The notes under the pieces are model-generated. The model was not told where the DNA came from. It did no database searches and saw only the letters and a list, made by a program, of their open reading frames with translations. Both the position numbers and the translations under genes were made by a program. Below, in pieces: positions 28,900-38,968 of a stretch of 64,000 nt of DNA (positions are counted from its first letter, which is position 1; each line of letters starts with the position of its first letter). Source of the DNA: Nannocystales bacterium (GTDB lineage: Bacteria > Myxococcota_A > Polyangia > Nannocystales > Nannocystaceae); the NCBI GenBank assembly GCA_050633305.1, contig JBOEGF010000009.1, positions 126,314 to 190,313 of the forward strand, written 5' to 3'.

Positions 28900-29777
28900 A
28901 AACCTCCCATATCAGTCTCTTCGTTCTGGCCAGCGTCGCGCTGGCTTGTGGTTCCAGCTCGACTCCCGGGTCCCCGGGTTCCGAGGAGAACCCATCCTCG
29001 GGAGCTGGATCGAGCGCTGCGATGGCGACCGGGTCCGGGGACCCGATGCCGCATCCTCAGCCGGGCTCCGGAGCCCCACCAGAGCCTTCTTACGACTTGA
29101 ACGCCGCACTTCCACCGGCCTGCGAGGGGGACCCGGCTGTGGTGACGTTTGAGACGGCCGACGGGGTGGCGCTGGAAGCAGACTTCGTCCCCTCGGGGCA
29201 GGCGAGCGGAAAGGCGGTGGTGTTGCTGCACATGATCCCTCCCAGCAACGACCGCAGGAACTACCCCGCGGGGTTCATCAACGCCCTGGCGTCGGCCGGC
29301 TACTCGGTGCTCAACGTCGACCGCCGGGGTGCAGGGGGGTCCGCTGGGGACGCGACCGCGGCCTACGAAGGGCCGGCGGGCAAAGAAGATGCGCTCGCGG
29401 CTGTGGCTTGGCTGGCTCGTTCTGCGTGCGCGATTCATGCGGATGAGGTGGTGTTGGTCGGTGCCTCCAACGGGACGACCACGGCCCTCGACTACACGGT
29501 GGCCTCGCAGACCCCACCACGCGCTTTGGTGTTCTTGAGTCCGGGTGCGTACACCGAAAACCAGAACGCTGTGGCTGAGCACGCCGAGCTCCTCTCTGGC
29601 TTGTCCGTGTTCATGGGGTACCCCGACAACGAGCGGCGGTGGCCGGAGTCGGTCCGCGCGGTGAGTGGCGAAACATGGGAGTTCCACCAGTACGACGGTG
29701 GATCCCACGGGTCCCGACTGTTCATGTCGAACAAGGAGGTCACAAACGACATCCTCGGGTTCCTCGCGGGCCTTTGA
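28896..29777 (+). CDS. Alpha/beta hydrolase lipoprotein
   Basis: ALAC lipobox, VVLLHM, GASNG nucleophile elbow, GSHG; ATGA overlap with the M16 gene. Confidence 0.85.
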   Translation: MKTSHISLFVLASVALACGSSSTPGSPGSEENPSSGAGSSAAMATGSGDPMPHPQPGSGAPPEPSYDLNAALPPACEGDPAVVTFETADGVALEADFVPSGQASGKAVVLLHMIPPSNDRRNYPAGFINALASAGYSVLNVDRRGAGGSAGDATAAYEGPAGKEDALAAVAWLARSACAIHADEVVLVGASNGTTTALDYTVASQTPPRALVFLSPGAYTENQNAVAEHAELLSGLSVFMGYPDNERRWPESVRAVSGETWEFHQYDGGSHGSRLFMSNKEVTNDILGFLAGL

Positions 29778-29801
29778 ACTGGACCTCGGGAGGCTGATGG
29801 C

Positions 29802-31016
29802 CTACTCGGTCAGCGCCTCGCACCCAAGGGTTCGGACACATCCCGCACAGACGCTGAGGTTGCCGCGTTCGTGCGCCTCCTGGTCTGCTCCGTTCCCGTC
29901 CCCTTCGAAGTCTTCGGGGTATTCCGTACCCAGAACGACCTCGCACCGGTCGGACAGCAGCGTGATGCCGTAGCCGGCGCCTTGGACCCCGTTCGGGGGT
30001 TGGTTGAGGAGTCCGTCGTTGAACCAGGGAGCCTGTGTAGGGTCCGTGGTCGCGGAGGGGAGGAGGACTCCCGAGCCGGCGGAAACCGACGCGACACACA
30101 GCGCTCCGGGGTCTACTTCGTTGCCGACCTCCATCCCGTCGGCCTCGTTGCGGAGTGTGTATCGGGCCCAGAGATCCTCCGGCACATCGACCGTGATGTC
30201 GGCCGCCTGACCATCGCCACTGCGGACGATCGTACGGGTCCCGACGGCCTGCGTGGCGAGGCACGGGCACCCGAGTTGCCATCCCGATTGCTCACATGCG
30301 GAGATGTCCTCTGCCGTGCACAGTGGGAATGGGTTGAGGTCCGTGGCGAGAGACACGAACGCCTCCCCCGCGCCCAAGAACACATCGGCCGATCCTGCCA
30401 AGTCTTCGACACACACCGTCGCGCGGTCTTGGTAGTCGGGGTCCGCGTCGTTGTCCTCGGTTCCAAGCCCCAACGCGCCGGCGAACCCCTTGGGGAGCGT
30501 CACCCGGAAGTCCGCGCCGCTGCGAGCGAGCTGGACAAGCCCGTCGTAGTAGACGCGGATCTGACAGCCGTCACGCCATGGGGCTTGACCGCTGGGATCG
30601 ATGCAGGCGTCCGCCGCATCCATCTGGTCGGGCCGGTTCGGACTGCCCGCCGTCTCGTACGCCCAAATGTTGAGCCGGTCGAAGTCTTGCTGCGCGCCCG
30701 TGGCATTCGAGGCCGAGGTGAATCTGCGCATCTCCACCGTGATGCGGTCGGTCGCGGCGTACTGGACGGCGATGTCTCCACGGTTGGCAAAGTTGTCCGC
30801 GTGCTCGAGGCCTCCAATGATCAGGCTCTGCACAACCGCGGGGTCAAACGGCTGGTCGATTTCGAGGGTCCATTCATCCTCTGCCGGCTGGTTTCCGGAG
30901 GCTGGGAACGCGTCCTCGCCGGAATCGGTGCCGCCTCCTCCGCCCCCGCCGGAGGGGTCTTCGCTTGGACAGGCGCACAGAAGGGGTACGCAGAGCAGCA
31001 GGTGGCGCGTCGACAT
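29802..31016 (-). CDS. Hypothetical Cys-containing lipoprotein
   Basis: PLLCAC lipobox, Gly linker, protein-like composition. Confidence 0.7.
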   Translation of the reverse strand: MSTRHLLLCVPLLCACPSEDPSGGGGGGGTDSGEDAFPASGNQPAEDEWTLEIDQPFDPAVVQSLIIGGLEHADNFANRGDIAVQYAATDRITVEMRRFTSASNATGAQQDFDRLNIWAYETAGSPNRPDQMDAADACIDPSGQAPWRDGCQIRVYYDGLVQLARSGADFRVTLPKGFAGALGLGTEDNDADPDYQDRATVCVEDLAGSADVFLGAGEAFVSLATDLNPFPLCTAEDISACEQSGWQLGCPCLATQAVGTRTIVRSGDGQAADITVDVPEDLWARYTLRNEADGMEVGNEVDPGALCVASVSAGSGVLLPSATTDPTQAPWFNDGLLNQPPNGVQGAGYGITLLSDRCEVVLGTEYPEDFEGDGNGADQEAHERGNLSVCAGCVRTLGCEALTE

Positions 31017-31111
31017 GTCCGATCAACGCGCCGCTGTGGGCGCGCTTCCGGGGATGCGGGATGGAATGCCCGCACCCAGGGGTGCTTCGGCCCAGGAACG
31101 CGCAGGACCGC

Positions 31112-31915
31112 TCAGTCGCCGGTCTTGACCGTCTCGAGCATCGAGGCCCATGCGGGGGCCCACACGTCGAGGGTCTTCGCGGGGCCGGTGGCCTTGAAGA
31201 ACAACGGGTCGCCGGAGCCTTCGATGATCGCTGCGAGCATGCGGTGATCGGGCTTGTCGTGCTTTTCGTCCGCGCCGGGCATCATCGCCGCGACGTAGTG
31301 TCCGGTGACGTCCAGCGTATGCATCGTGAGGGCGCCGACGGACTTCTTGTCGACCTTGGAGATGTCCTCGAGGGTCTTGCCCTCGGGTGGGGTGAACTGG
31401 CCCTTCCAACGGGTCATGTTCGCCTCGACACCGCCGGCACCGCCCTTGAAGCGGTACACGACAAGCTCGCCGTCGCCGCCGGGACCGGGCACAACCCATT
31501 GCGCCATCCGCATCATCCCGCTGGGCTGACCCTTCTCCCATTCTTTGGGGACGCTCACGGCGAACTCCGCGAGAGTCTCGGCGACCACGTCACCGCTGGG
31601 GGTGACGTCGCGGGGCGGTCCAGCTTTGGCAGGAGCGGGTGCGCCGGCCTTCATCCCGCCGTGCGGGTTGGCCGAGGGCGCGGCTCCACCGTGCGGGTTG
31701 GCCGAGGGGGCGGCTCCACCATGCGGGTTGCCCGGGGTGCCGCCGCCGTGCGCCATGGGTGCCTTCGCGGCGCCGGGTCCCTTCGCGTCAGGTGCTTTTT
31801 CGGCCGGTGCTTTTGCGCCGGCCGGCGCGGTTCCGGCTGCCGGTGCGGCCTTCTTTTCCCCGTCGCAGGCGGCGAGGGACAGGGCGATACACAGCGGGAG
31901 CAAGGCTTTGTTCAT
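31112..31915 (-). CDS. Conserved hypothetical lipoprotein with NPHGG repeats
   Basis: SLAAC lipobox; Ala/Pro/Lys linker; globular C-terminus (VPKEW..MRMAQW..GGVEANMTRWKGQF..FFKATGP). Confidence 0.8.
   Translation of the reverse strand: MNKALLPLCIALSLAACDGEKKAAPAAGTAPAGAKAPAEKAPDAKGPGAAKAPMAHGGGTPGNPHGGAAPSANPHGGAAPSANPHGGMKAGAPAPAKAGPPRDVTPSGDVVAETLAEFAVSVPKEWEKGQPSGMMRMAQWVVPGPGGDGELVVYRFKGGAGGVEANMTRWKGQFTPPEGKTLEDISKVDKKSVGALTMHTLDVTGHYVAAMMPGADEKHDKPDHRMLAAIIEGSGDPLFFKATGPAKTLDVWAPAWASMLETVKTGD
31659..31730. repeat. Coding 30-bp tandem repeat (ANPHGGAAPS)
   Basis: CCGTGCGGGTTGGCCGAGGGCGCGGCTCCA, about 2.4 copies. Confidence 0.8.
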
Positions 31916-31982
31916 GGCGCGCGCACTGTAGCAGCAACACGCCGAACGGGGGCGGCGCCTCGCAGCGCACGGCCCGGGAGCC

Positions 31983-32852
31983 TCACATACAGAACGCGGG
32001 CGTGAGGCCGCCCATGCCCGCCTCGGCTTCCACGCAGGTCTGTCCCATCTCTGGGCAGTCCTCATCGACGTTGCACTCGCCGCAGACGCCGAGCTCGGCG
32101 AAGCCAAACAGGTTGGCCAGCCCGCAATGCCCCGAGTCACAGGCGGAGTCCCCATCGGTGATCGGGCAGCCTTGGCCGTTCTCGACGGTGCCAGGGTCGG
32201 CGCAGGCGAAGTATCCGCCGAGGTTGCCCAGGTCGTAGACGGGCGCGCAGATCTGGGCCTCATCGCAAGGCGCGGACGGGCCGCACTGCGAGCAGAAGTT
32301 GGCGTTGATGATACCGCCGGTGTCGATGAGCTCGGTGCAAACCAACTCGCCGGCACAACCTTCGTCGGTGTTGCACATGTTGCCTTGGCTACCGTCTGTG
32401 CAGACGGCGTAGCCCACCGCGTCGAGACTGCAGGTGCCGGTCTCGCAGTCTTCGTCGACCAGGCACTCCGAACAAACCCCGCCGACCTGCGGAATGACGT
32501 AGCAGAAACCACTGTCGCACTCGGGTGCCGCGGCACACTGAGCGCCGTTGGGCTGCGGCTCGGTCGACGTATCGTTGCCGGTGTCCGGGCTGATAAAGCC
32601 ACCGTCGTCTCCGGTGCTGCTGGCATCGCCGGTGTCGTCGGGCGTGTTGGTGGTGGCCGGAGACGTCGTCACGCCCATGCTGTCCGCGGTGGCGTTGGTG
32701 GTGACGCCGGGCGCTGTTGTGGTGGCGCCCGTCGAGGCGGTGGTCTCGGAGCTGCTGCCCACATCGGTGTCGGCTCCGACATCAACTGCGCTACCGCAGC
32801 CGACAAGCGTGAGAGACAGGCCAAGTGTGGTCACCAAGATAGAGCGCAGCAT
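31983..32852 (-). CDS. Cys-rich lipoprotein with Thr/Ser linker
   Basis: TLVGC lipobox; many C-x5-C-x4-C type repeats; GGAG RBS. Confidence 0.8.
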   Translation of the reverse strand: MLRSILVTTLGLSLTLVGCGSAVDVGADTDVGSSSETTASTGATTTAPGVTTNATADSMGVTTSPATTNTPDDTGDASSTGDDGGFISPDTGNDTSTEPQPNGAQCAAAPECDSGFCYVIPQVGGVCSECLVDEDCETGTCSLDAVGYAVCTDGSQGNMCNTDEGCAGELVCTELIDTGGIINANFCSQCGPSAPCDEAQICAPVYDLGNLGGYFACADPGTVENGQGCPITDGDSACDSGHCGLANLFGFAELGVCGECNVDEDCPEMGQTCVEAEAGMGGLTPAFCM

Positions 32853-32898
32853 CGTCGTTCTCCGAGGCGTCGATGATGCACCTCGCCGGCCCCCCGGT

Positions 32899-33723
32899 CT
32901 ACCCGCGAGTCGAATCCCATGTTCGAAGCATCGAGATCGTGGTCTGAGCATAGCTCCAACCGTGTTCAAGGAGTCGCGAAAGCTCCGGCGCAGATGCGGC
33001 GATGTCGTGTAGCAGCGCCGGCGTGCCCGTCGACATCGAACGTAGCCAAGCGGTTGGCCCTGCGGCGCTGCCGTCCACGGACGTCCAGCGCATCGCGAGG
33101 TGGGCGCTGCCCTCCATGGACACGTCGAAGCGATCCGTACCTTCGCGGAGACGCAGGGTGCTGCGGCGTGCTTGCGGGGTGCGTTCCCACGCCTCGGCGA
33201 ACCACCCGCTGCGTACGCTTCCCGGGCAGGGGCTGTCCCATGGCTCCGGGCTCTCGGCGCGGGCCTCGATCCCCACGCCGGTCGCCCAGAGTGTGTGGGT
33301 TGTCCGATGTTCGAAGAAACCGCATCGCGCATAGAAGGGGACCGCGTCCGGGCTTGCCGGAATGAGCAACCCTTCGGCGCCGTCTGCACGGGCGGCGTCT
33401 TGCAGACCCTCGAGCAGCGAGACGCCGAGCCCTCGTCTGCGCCACGCGGGGATCAGGCCGATGCCGACCGTGCGGGCCAGCGGTTCCCAAGAGGTGGGGC
33501 GTCCGAGGAGCCCGTATCCGATCCACGCGCCCGGATCGGTCTCATCTCGGCTTTGCGTGAGCAGGAGCGAGCGCGACGGAACCACGCACTCGCGATGGAG
33601 TTTTTGTGCGAACCACCCTGCCGGTCTTTGTCCCTCGCCGAAGATCGCCCGTGCCAGCGGTTCGAGCCGCGTTGGCTCGCCGACCCGGTCCACCGGCACC
33701 AGGCGGACGTCAGCGATCGACAC
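32899..33723 (-). CDS. GNAT family N-acetyltransferase
   Basis: IGLIPAWRRRGLGVSLL (motif A), AVPFYARCGF; overlaps the ddl stop. Confidence 0.8.
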   Translation of the reverse strand: MSIADVRLVPVDRVGEPTRLEPLARAIFGEGQRPAGWFAQKLHRECVVPSRSLLLTQSRDETDPGAWIGYGLLGRPTSWEPLARTVGIGLIPAWRRRGLGVSLLEGLQDAARADGAEGLLIPASPDAVPFYARCGFFEHRTTHTLWATGVGIEARAESPEPWDSPCPGSVRSGWFAEAWERTPQARRSTLRLREGTDRFDVSMEGSAHLAMRWTSVDGSAAGPTAWLRSMSTGTPALLHDIAASAPELSRLLEHGWSYAQTTISMLRTWDSTRG

Positions 33724-34777
33724 GCAGACCCGCCCGCTCGGCGTGGCGGGCCAAGGCCAGATCACACAGCCTCGAAACGAGGGTTGGGTACGCCACGCCC
33801 GCGTGTTCCATCAGCTTGGGGTACATGCTGATCGAGGTGAACCCGGGCATCGTGTTGAGCTCGTTGAGATAGGCCGTGCCCGTGTCTCGATCGAGGAGGA
33901 AGTCGATCCGTGCCAAGCCGCTGCACCCCATCGCAGCGAACGCACGTTTGGCGTCTCGTTGCAGCCGCTCGCCGAGTCCGGGATCGATGTCTGCCGGGAT
34001 GGCGTACGTCGCAACGTCGTTGACGTACTTGGTCTCGTAGTCGTACCAGGTGTTCGGCGGAAGGACGATCTCGCCAGGAGCGCTGACCAAGGTCTCACCG
34101 CCACCGTCGCCCAACACCGCCAGTTCGATCTCGCGGGCATTGACGCCGGTCTCGACGACAAGCTTGGTGTCGAAGGTGCTGGCCTCGGCGAGCGCGGCTT
34201 CGAGTTCTTGTCGGTTCGTGCACTTGCAGACACCCACCGAGCTGCCCAGGTTGGCGGGCTTGGTGAAGCAGGGGTATCCGAGCTTTGCCTCGATGCGTTG
34301 CGCCGCTTCGCGTCGAACCGCCGCATCGGTCAGCGTGCGCGCGTCCAGTCCCAGCCACGGCACTTGAGCGATGTCTGGCGCAGTTGCGGTGATGAGGTGT
34401 TTTTGCACCGCCTTGTCCATGCAGGTCGCGGATGCCATCACGCCGGAGCCGACGTACGGAAGTCGGTACGTCTCTAGCAGTCCCTGGATCGTGCCGTCCT
34501 CACCATTGGGCCCGTGGATCACCGGGAACACGAGGTCGGGTTTCAGGCTGCGGATGTCGGGCAGGGGGATGCCGCGCGCGACGACCTCGGACAGGTCGTG
34601 CTGTGCGCTGGCGTCCTGCTCGCCCTGTCGCCAGGTGCCGTCCCGTGCGATGCCGATCGGCAGGACCTCGAAACGATCGCGGTCGATCGCGTCCAAGACC
34701 GAGCGGGCGCTACGCAGCGAGACTTCGTGCTCCGACGACATGCCGCCGAAGAGAACGGCCAAACGGGTGCGGCTCAT
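33710..34777 (-). CDS. ddl: D-alanine--D-alanine ligase
   Basis: GGMSSEHEVSLRSA, HGPNGEDGTIQG, KPANLGSSVG, YDYETKY, NELNTMPGFT. Confidence 0.97.
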   Translation of the reverse strand: MSRTRLAVLFGGMSSEHEVSLRSARSVLDAIDRDRFEVLPIGIARDGTWRQGEQDASAQHDLSEVVARGIPLPDIRSLKPDLVFPVIHGPNGEDGTIQGLLETYRLPYVGSGVMASATCMDKAVQKHLITATAPDIAQVPWLGLDARTLTDAAVRREAAQRIEAKLGYPCFTKPANLGSSVGVCKCTNRQELEAALAEASTFDTKLVVETGVNAREIELAVLGDGGGETLVSAPGEIVLPPNTWYDYETKYVNDVATYAIPADIDPGLGERLQRDAKRAFAAMGCSGLARIDFLLDRDTGTAYLNELNTMPGFTSISMYPKLMEHAGVAYPTLVSRLCDLALARHAERAGLRVDR

Positions 34778-34855
34778 GAGGGCGCATTGTCGGGGCTTTT
34801 TCCGGAGGTGTCACCCCGACGTGCCCGCGCTGGCACACGGTCGACGCCGCGCGGA

Positions 34856-36376
34856 CTATCCACGAAGCAGCGTCATCACGACGCGATCCTGAAAACGCTT
34901 GGCTCGCCCGACCTGGGGTCCGCCCACCAGCACGCTGAACGCGTAGCGCGGCTCGCCGTGGCTGTCGTTGACGACGCCGGTCAGGCCGGTGGCGTCGCTG
35001 AGCGTCCCCGTCTTGGCGAGGACCCGTCCGCCGCTGCGTCGCAAGCGACCGCGCAGCGTCCCCTCGCGACCCGCGACGGGGAGGGCGTCCATGACAGCCT
35101 CCGCCCGGTCGTCGCGAGCCCACAAGCTCACAAGCTCGACCATGGCGTGGGGAGTCACCCTCCCGTGGGTACTCAGGCCGGACGCATTCTCGAACCTCAG
35201 AGCGGCGGGGTCCTGTCCGGTGGCCTGCCAGAACGCTCGGAGCACCGCGGCGCCGTTGTCCCAGTCTCCCGGTGTGTTGGTCGCGTGATGGCCCAGGGTG
35301 CGAAGGACCTGCTCGGTCGTGAAGTTGTTCGAGAACTTCAGCGCGGAGGTGAGAACCGTGGGAAGCGCCCCGCTGTGATGTGTCGCGAGGACGCTGGCAG
35401 CCGCGGAGGGGCTGCCGGTTTCGATGGGGAGGTCCGGGCGGCCGAGGACTTCCGCGAACACGCTCGCGGTGAAGCGTCCCGGGTTTGCGACTCTCCGGCG
35501 AATCTTGACCGGAGTGCCGCGACGGGGTCGACCGTCGACCCGAACGATGGTCTTGTCGCCCTCGCGCCGCGTGGTGACGAGCACCGATCCGTGGGTCCGT
35601 CCTCGCTCGACCTTGAGATGCTCGCAAGGAGGGTCGAGCGCGACGGCGACACCATCGGGGCTGCGGTCCGCGGTGACTCGAACCACGACGGTGTTGTACT
35701 GCAGGGACAGTGCACCGCTGGGCGCCATGTAGCTGAACCCAGGGCCGCCGGTGTCGTACCCGGGCCCAAACGTGCGCGGCGAGAACATCGAGTCGTCCAC
35801 GACGATGCGCTCGATGCCTGTGGGGTCGACCGACGCGGCGAGGGTCTCGAGGTCTTCGACCTGCAGGGAAGGATCTCCGCCACCGCGGACAAACAACGTG
35901 CCCCCATCGCGAAGCACGCTGGTCTCGAAGCGGTAGTCCTCGCCCAAGAGCGTCACTGCGGCGGTCGCAGTGAGAAGCTTGTGGTTGCTCGCCGGGTTCA
36001 GCGCGCTGCTGCCGTGGTGCTCGAACACGGTCTGACCGGTCCGCAGGTCTTTCACCGCGATGCCGACCTGGGCCTGCCCGTCCATTGACGTGGCAAGGGT
36101 GGTCAGCCTGGCCGCCAGGCCGCCGCCCGGGGACTCGCTGGCTTCGGAGGTGGGGGCGGGCTCCAACGTCCCCAGCCGAGCCTCGATCCGCGCTTGCCAG
36201 GCGGTCTTCGCCGTGGGCCGTGGCTCCGCCTCATGCCGGGTTTGTGGCAGGACCGCGGCTGCGTTCACGACGAGCTGCTGGGCTCTGGACTCCATCCCAG
36301 CGCTCGCAGTGGGCAACAGGAGGCTCGAAGCAAGCGCCGCGGTGACGGTCGTAAACGCGAGGGATCGGGTGAACAT
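34856..36376 (-). CDS. dacB: D-Ala-D-Ala carboxypeptidase/endopeptidase PBP4 (S13)
   Basis: Signal peptide; PASNHK, GGGDPSL, SNNFTTE, NASGLS, AKTGTL. Confidence 0.92.
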   Translation of the reverse strand: MFTRSLAFTTVTAALASSLLLPTASAGMESRAQQLVVNAAAVLPQTRHEAEPRPTAKTAWQARIEARLGTLEPAPTSEASESPGGGLAARLTTLATSMDGQAQVGIAVKDLRTGQTVFEHHGSSALNPASNHKLLTATAAVTLLGEDYRFETSVLRDGGTLFVRGGGDPSLQVEDLETLAASVDPTGIERIVVDDSMFSPRTFGPGYDTGGPGFSYMAPSGALSLQYNTVVVRVTADRSPDGVAVALDPPCEHLKVERGRTHGSVLVTTRREGDKTIVRVDGRPRRGTPVKIRRRVANPGRFTASVFAEVLGRPDLPIETGSPSAAASVLATHHSGALPTVLTSALKFSNNFTTEQVLRTLGHHATNTPGDWDNGAAVLRAFWQATGQDPAALRFENASGLSTHGRVTPHAMVELVSLWARDDRAEAVMDALPVAGREGTLRGRLRRSGGRVLAKTGTLSDATGLTGVVNDSHGEPRYAFSVLVGGPQVGRAKRFQDRVVMTLLRG

Positions 36377-36497
36377 GGCGGCCTCCAGGCCGAGCGGGGC
36401 AGGTGTGTGTGCTCGGTGTACCTACAGGTAGCAGTGTGTAATCTCCGCTCCAAGAAATCGGACCAGTGGCCGTCCGATGGCGCTACCTTCTGCCCCC

Positions 36498-37865
36498 ATG
36501 CTGGACATCAAGCTCCTGCGTACCGAGCCCGATCTGTTGGTCGCCACCCTGCGCGACCGCGGCGTTCGGGTGTTCGAGGACCTCACCGAAGGGGACTGGG
36601 CGAAAGAGTCCATCGCGCGCCTGGTCGAGCTCGATGAGCGCTACCGGAGTCTGCTGCAGGAGGAGGAATCCGTGCGGCGGGAGATGAACGAGAACTCGTC
36701 GGGCATGAAAGCCGTCGGCAAGCTTCCCAAGGAGGAGCAAGGCGCGGCTCGGGCTCCCCTGATCGAAGCCGGTCGGGTCCTGAGGGATCGGGAGAAGGAA
36801 GTCAAGGTCGCCGCCGAGGCCGCGATGCAAGCCCGGGACGAAGCTTGGGTACGGCTGCCCAACATCACGCACCCCGACGTGCCGTTGGGCCACACCGACG
36901 ACGATCACGGGCTCGTGCACACGTGGGGCACCCCGAGGGATTTTGAGGCCGAGGGCTTTGCGGCGCGTGACCACATGCAGATCTCCGAGGATCTGGAGTT
37001 GGTGGATTTCGCGGCAGGCTCGCGGGTGACCGGTGCGAAGTTCTACTACCTCAAGAACGACGCGGTGTTGCTCGACCTCGCATTGCAGCGGTACGCGCTC
37101 GACATTGCGTCCAAGCACGGCTTCACCTTGCATACGACGCCGGACCTGGCTCGGGTCGACATCTTGCAAGGGCTCGGGTTCAACCCTCGTGGGGAGTCCA
37201 CGCAGGTCTACAGCATCGCGAACTCCGACCTCTGTCTCGTGGGGACAGCCGAGATCACCCTTGGCGGCATGTTGGCGGACTCGATCCTCGAAGCGGAGGA
37301 GCTTCCGATTCTCGTCGCCGGGCTCTCGCACTGCTTTCGCACTGAGGCCGGCGCTGCGGGCAAGGAGTCCCGCGGTCTGTACCGCGTGCACCAGTTCACC
37401 AAGGTCGAACTGTTCGCGTTCGTCGAGGGCGACCTGGAAGTCTCCGAAGCGATGCACATGCGCATGCGCGAGATCGAGGAAGAAATCTTCCAGGGTCTCG
37501 AGTTGCCCTACCGCCTGCTGGACATCGCCAGCGGCGACCTTGGCGGCCCCGCGTATCGCAAGTACGACATCGAGGCTTGGATGCCCGGCCGTGGTGAATA
37601 CGGCGAGGTCACCAGCACCTCGAACTGCACCGACTACCAGGCGCGGCGTCTTCGGATCCGCTATCGGACCGAGGGCACGGGCGACAAGAAGTCCAAGGGC
37701 AAGAATCGATTCGTGCACATGCTCAACGGCACGGCGATCGCCAACACGCGGACGATCCTCGCGGTGCTGGAGAACCACCAGCAAGAGGACGGCACGGTGC
37801 GGGTGCCCAAGGCGCTGCAGCCCTACATCGGCAAAAACACGATCGGCCCGCCGAAGCGTCGCTAG
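36498..37865 (+). CDS. serS: Serine--tRNA ligase
   Basis: MLDIKLLR, LVGTAEI, CFRTEAGAAG, GLYRVHQFTKVE, STSNCTDYQARRL, HMLNGT. Confidence 0.98.
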   Translation: MLDIKLLRTEPDLLVATLRDRGVRVFEDLTEGDWAKESIARLVELDERYRSLLQEEESVRREMNENSSGMKAVGKLPKEEQGAARAPLIEAGRVLRDREKEVKVAAEAAMQARDEAWVRLPNITHPDVPLGHTDDDHGLVHTWGTPRDFEAEGFAARDHMQISEDLELVDFAAGSRVTGAKFYYLKNDAVLLDLALQRYALDIASKHGFTLHTTPDLARVDILQGLGFNPRGESTQVYSIANSDLCLVGTAEITLGGMLADSILEAEELPILVAGLSHCFRTEAGAAGKESRGLYRVHQFTKVELFAFVEGDLEVSEAMHMRMREIEEEIFQGLELPYRLLDIASGDLGGPAYRKYDIEAWMPGRGEYGEVTSTSNCTDYQARRLRIRYRTEGTGDKKSKGKNRFVHMLNGTAIANTRTILAVLENHQQEDGTVRVPKALQPYIGKNTIGPPKRR

Positions 37866-38968
37866 TTGGGGTCTGCGGGCGTCCACCACACGGTGACGCC
37901 CAGGCCCGTGGTGAGTTCGAGTCCGCCGAGGCGAAACAGCGCCTCGGCTCCGGCCTCCGTCTGCCGCAGCACCCGCGCGACCCCGCCGCCGCCCTGTGCG
38001 GTCGCGGCTCCGCTCAGCCGAATGGTGGGTCCGAGGCGAAGCCGGGTTGCGCCTGCGTCGAGATGGAGCCCTGGGCTGGTCTGTACGAAGCCTCCCCAAA
38101 GCGCGGACACCGAGCGACCCTCCTGTTGACCGGAGCGGAGCGCCTCGGAGCCGTCGGGGCCGCGGACGAACCATGGCTGCGCGCTCGCACCTGCGGCGGT
38201 GACGAGTTCGAAGCGTCCGCGCCGAAGCCCATAGCCTGCGAACACGGCCAGACGAAGACGGATGAGTCGATAGCCTGCGGACGCGCGTCCCAGCCCGCCT
38301 GCCGAGCCGCCCAGCACCAGACCTCCATGGCGGCGTCCACTCACGGACAGCTCCGCACCACCGCCCGCGAGTCCTCCCGGAGCGGGTGGGCCCAGCGGCC
38401 ATTGGACGACTCCGCGGAGGGTGAGACCCAGCTCATCACGCGGGGCGGGCGGTGCCTCGGGACTCGAAGGTTCGGCGGGTTGGGTGGGTTGTGAAGAGGG
38501 ATTCGGGGGTGGCTCTGGTTCCGGCTCTGGTTGCGGTTTGGGCGTGGCCGGTTGCTCGTCTGGCACGGCGACGTTCTGTGCGTCGGCGACCAGCGCGTCC
38601 TCTTCGACGCTTGCGATCAAGTTGGAGAGCGTGCTCGCGATCAAACGGGCCGCATCGCCTCCGTCGTGGCTGGCGACGTGCCGGTAGTATCCGCGGCCGT
38701 CGGCCAGGATCAACGCCAGACTCCAGCCGCCCTCGACCGGTCGCACCAGCACGTATCCCCAATGCTCAACGCCCGCCCGGGCGTCGGGATTGCCTGCCGG
38801 AATGCGAGAGCGGTCGGGGAGTCGGGTTTGCAAAGCCCGGTCGAAGGAGTCGGCGGGGACGCCTTCGATGTCGAGGGCGAGCAGTTCGATGCGGGGGTCC
38901 GCGGGGTCGGCCGGGGCGAGATGTGCGAGGGCGACCAGGGACGCGCTGAATACGGGGACGAGCATCAT
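37862..38968 (-). CDS. Exported protein with Pro linker and beta-strand-rich (outer-membrane barrel-like) C-terminus
   Basis: Signal peptide; amphipathic beta strands at the C-terminus; last gene of the ECF operon (4-nt overlap). Confidence 0.7.
   Translation of the reverse strand: MMLVPVFSASLVALAHLAPADPADPRIELLALDIEGVPADSFDRALQTRLPDRSRIPAGNPDARAGVEHWGYVLVRPVEGGWSLALILADGRGYYRHVASHDGGDAARLIASTLSNLIASVEEDALVADAQNVAVPDEQPATPKPQPEPEPEPPPNPSSQPTQPAEPSSPEAPPAPRDELGLTLRGVVQWPLGPPAPGGLAGGGAELSVSGRRHGGLVLGGSAGGLGRASAGYRLIRLRLAVFAGYGLRRGRFELVTAAGASAQPWFVRGPDGSEALRSGQQEGRSVSALWGGFVQTSPGLHLDAGATRLRLGPTIRLSGAATAQGGGGVARVLRQTEAGAEALFRLGGLELTTGLGVTVWWTPADPN

Noticed and set aside
36437..36464. TGTAATCT...CGGAC upstream of serS as a third ECF promoter
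   Set aside because: The spacing is 14 nt versus 17 nt in both twin copies, and the flanking bases differ
36483..38402. 639-aa minus-strand ORF
   Set aside because: Mostly antisense to serS and out of frame with the real 37862-38968 gene; no motifs
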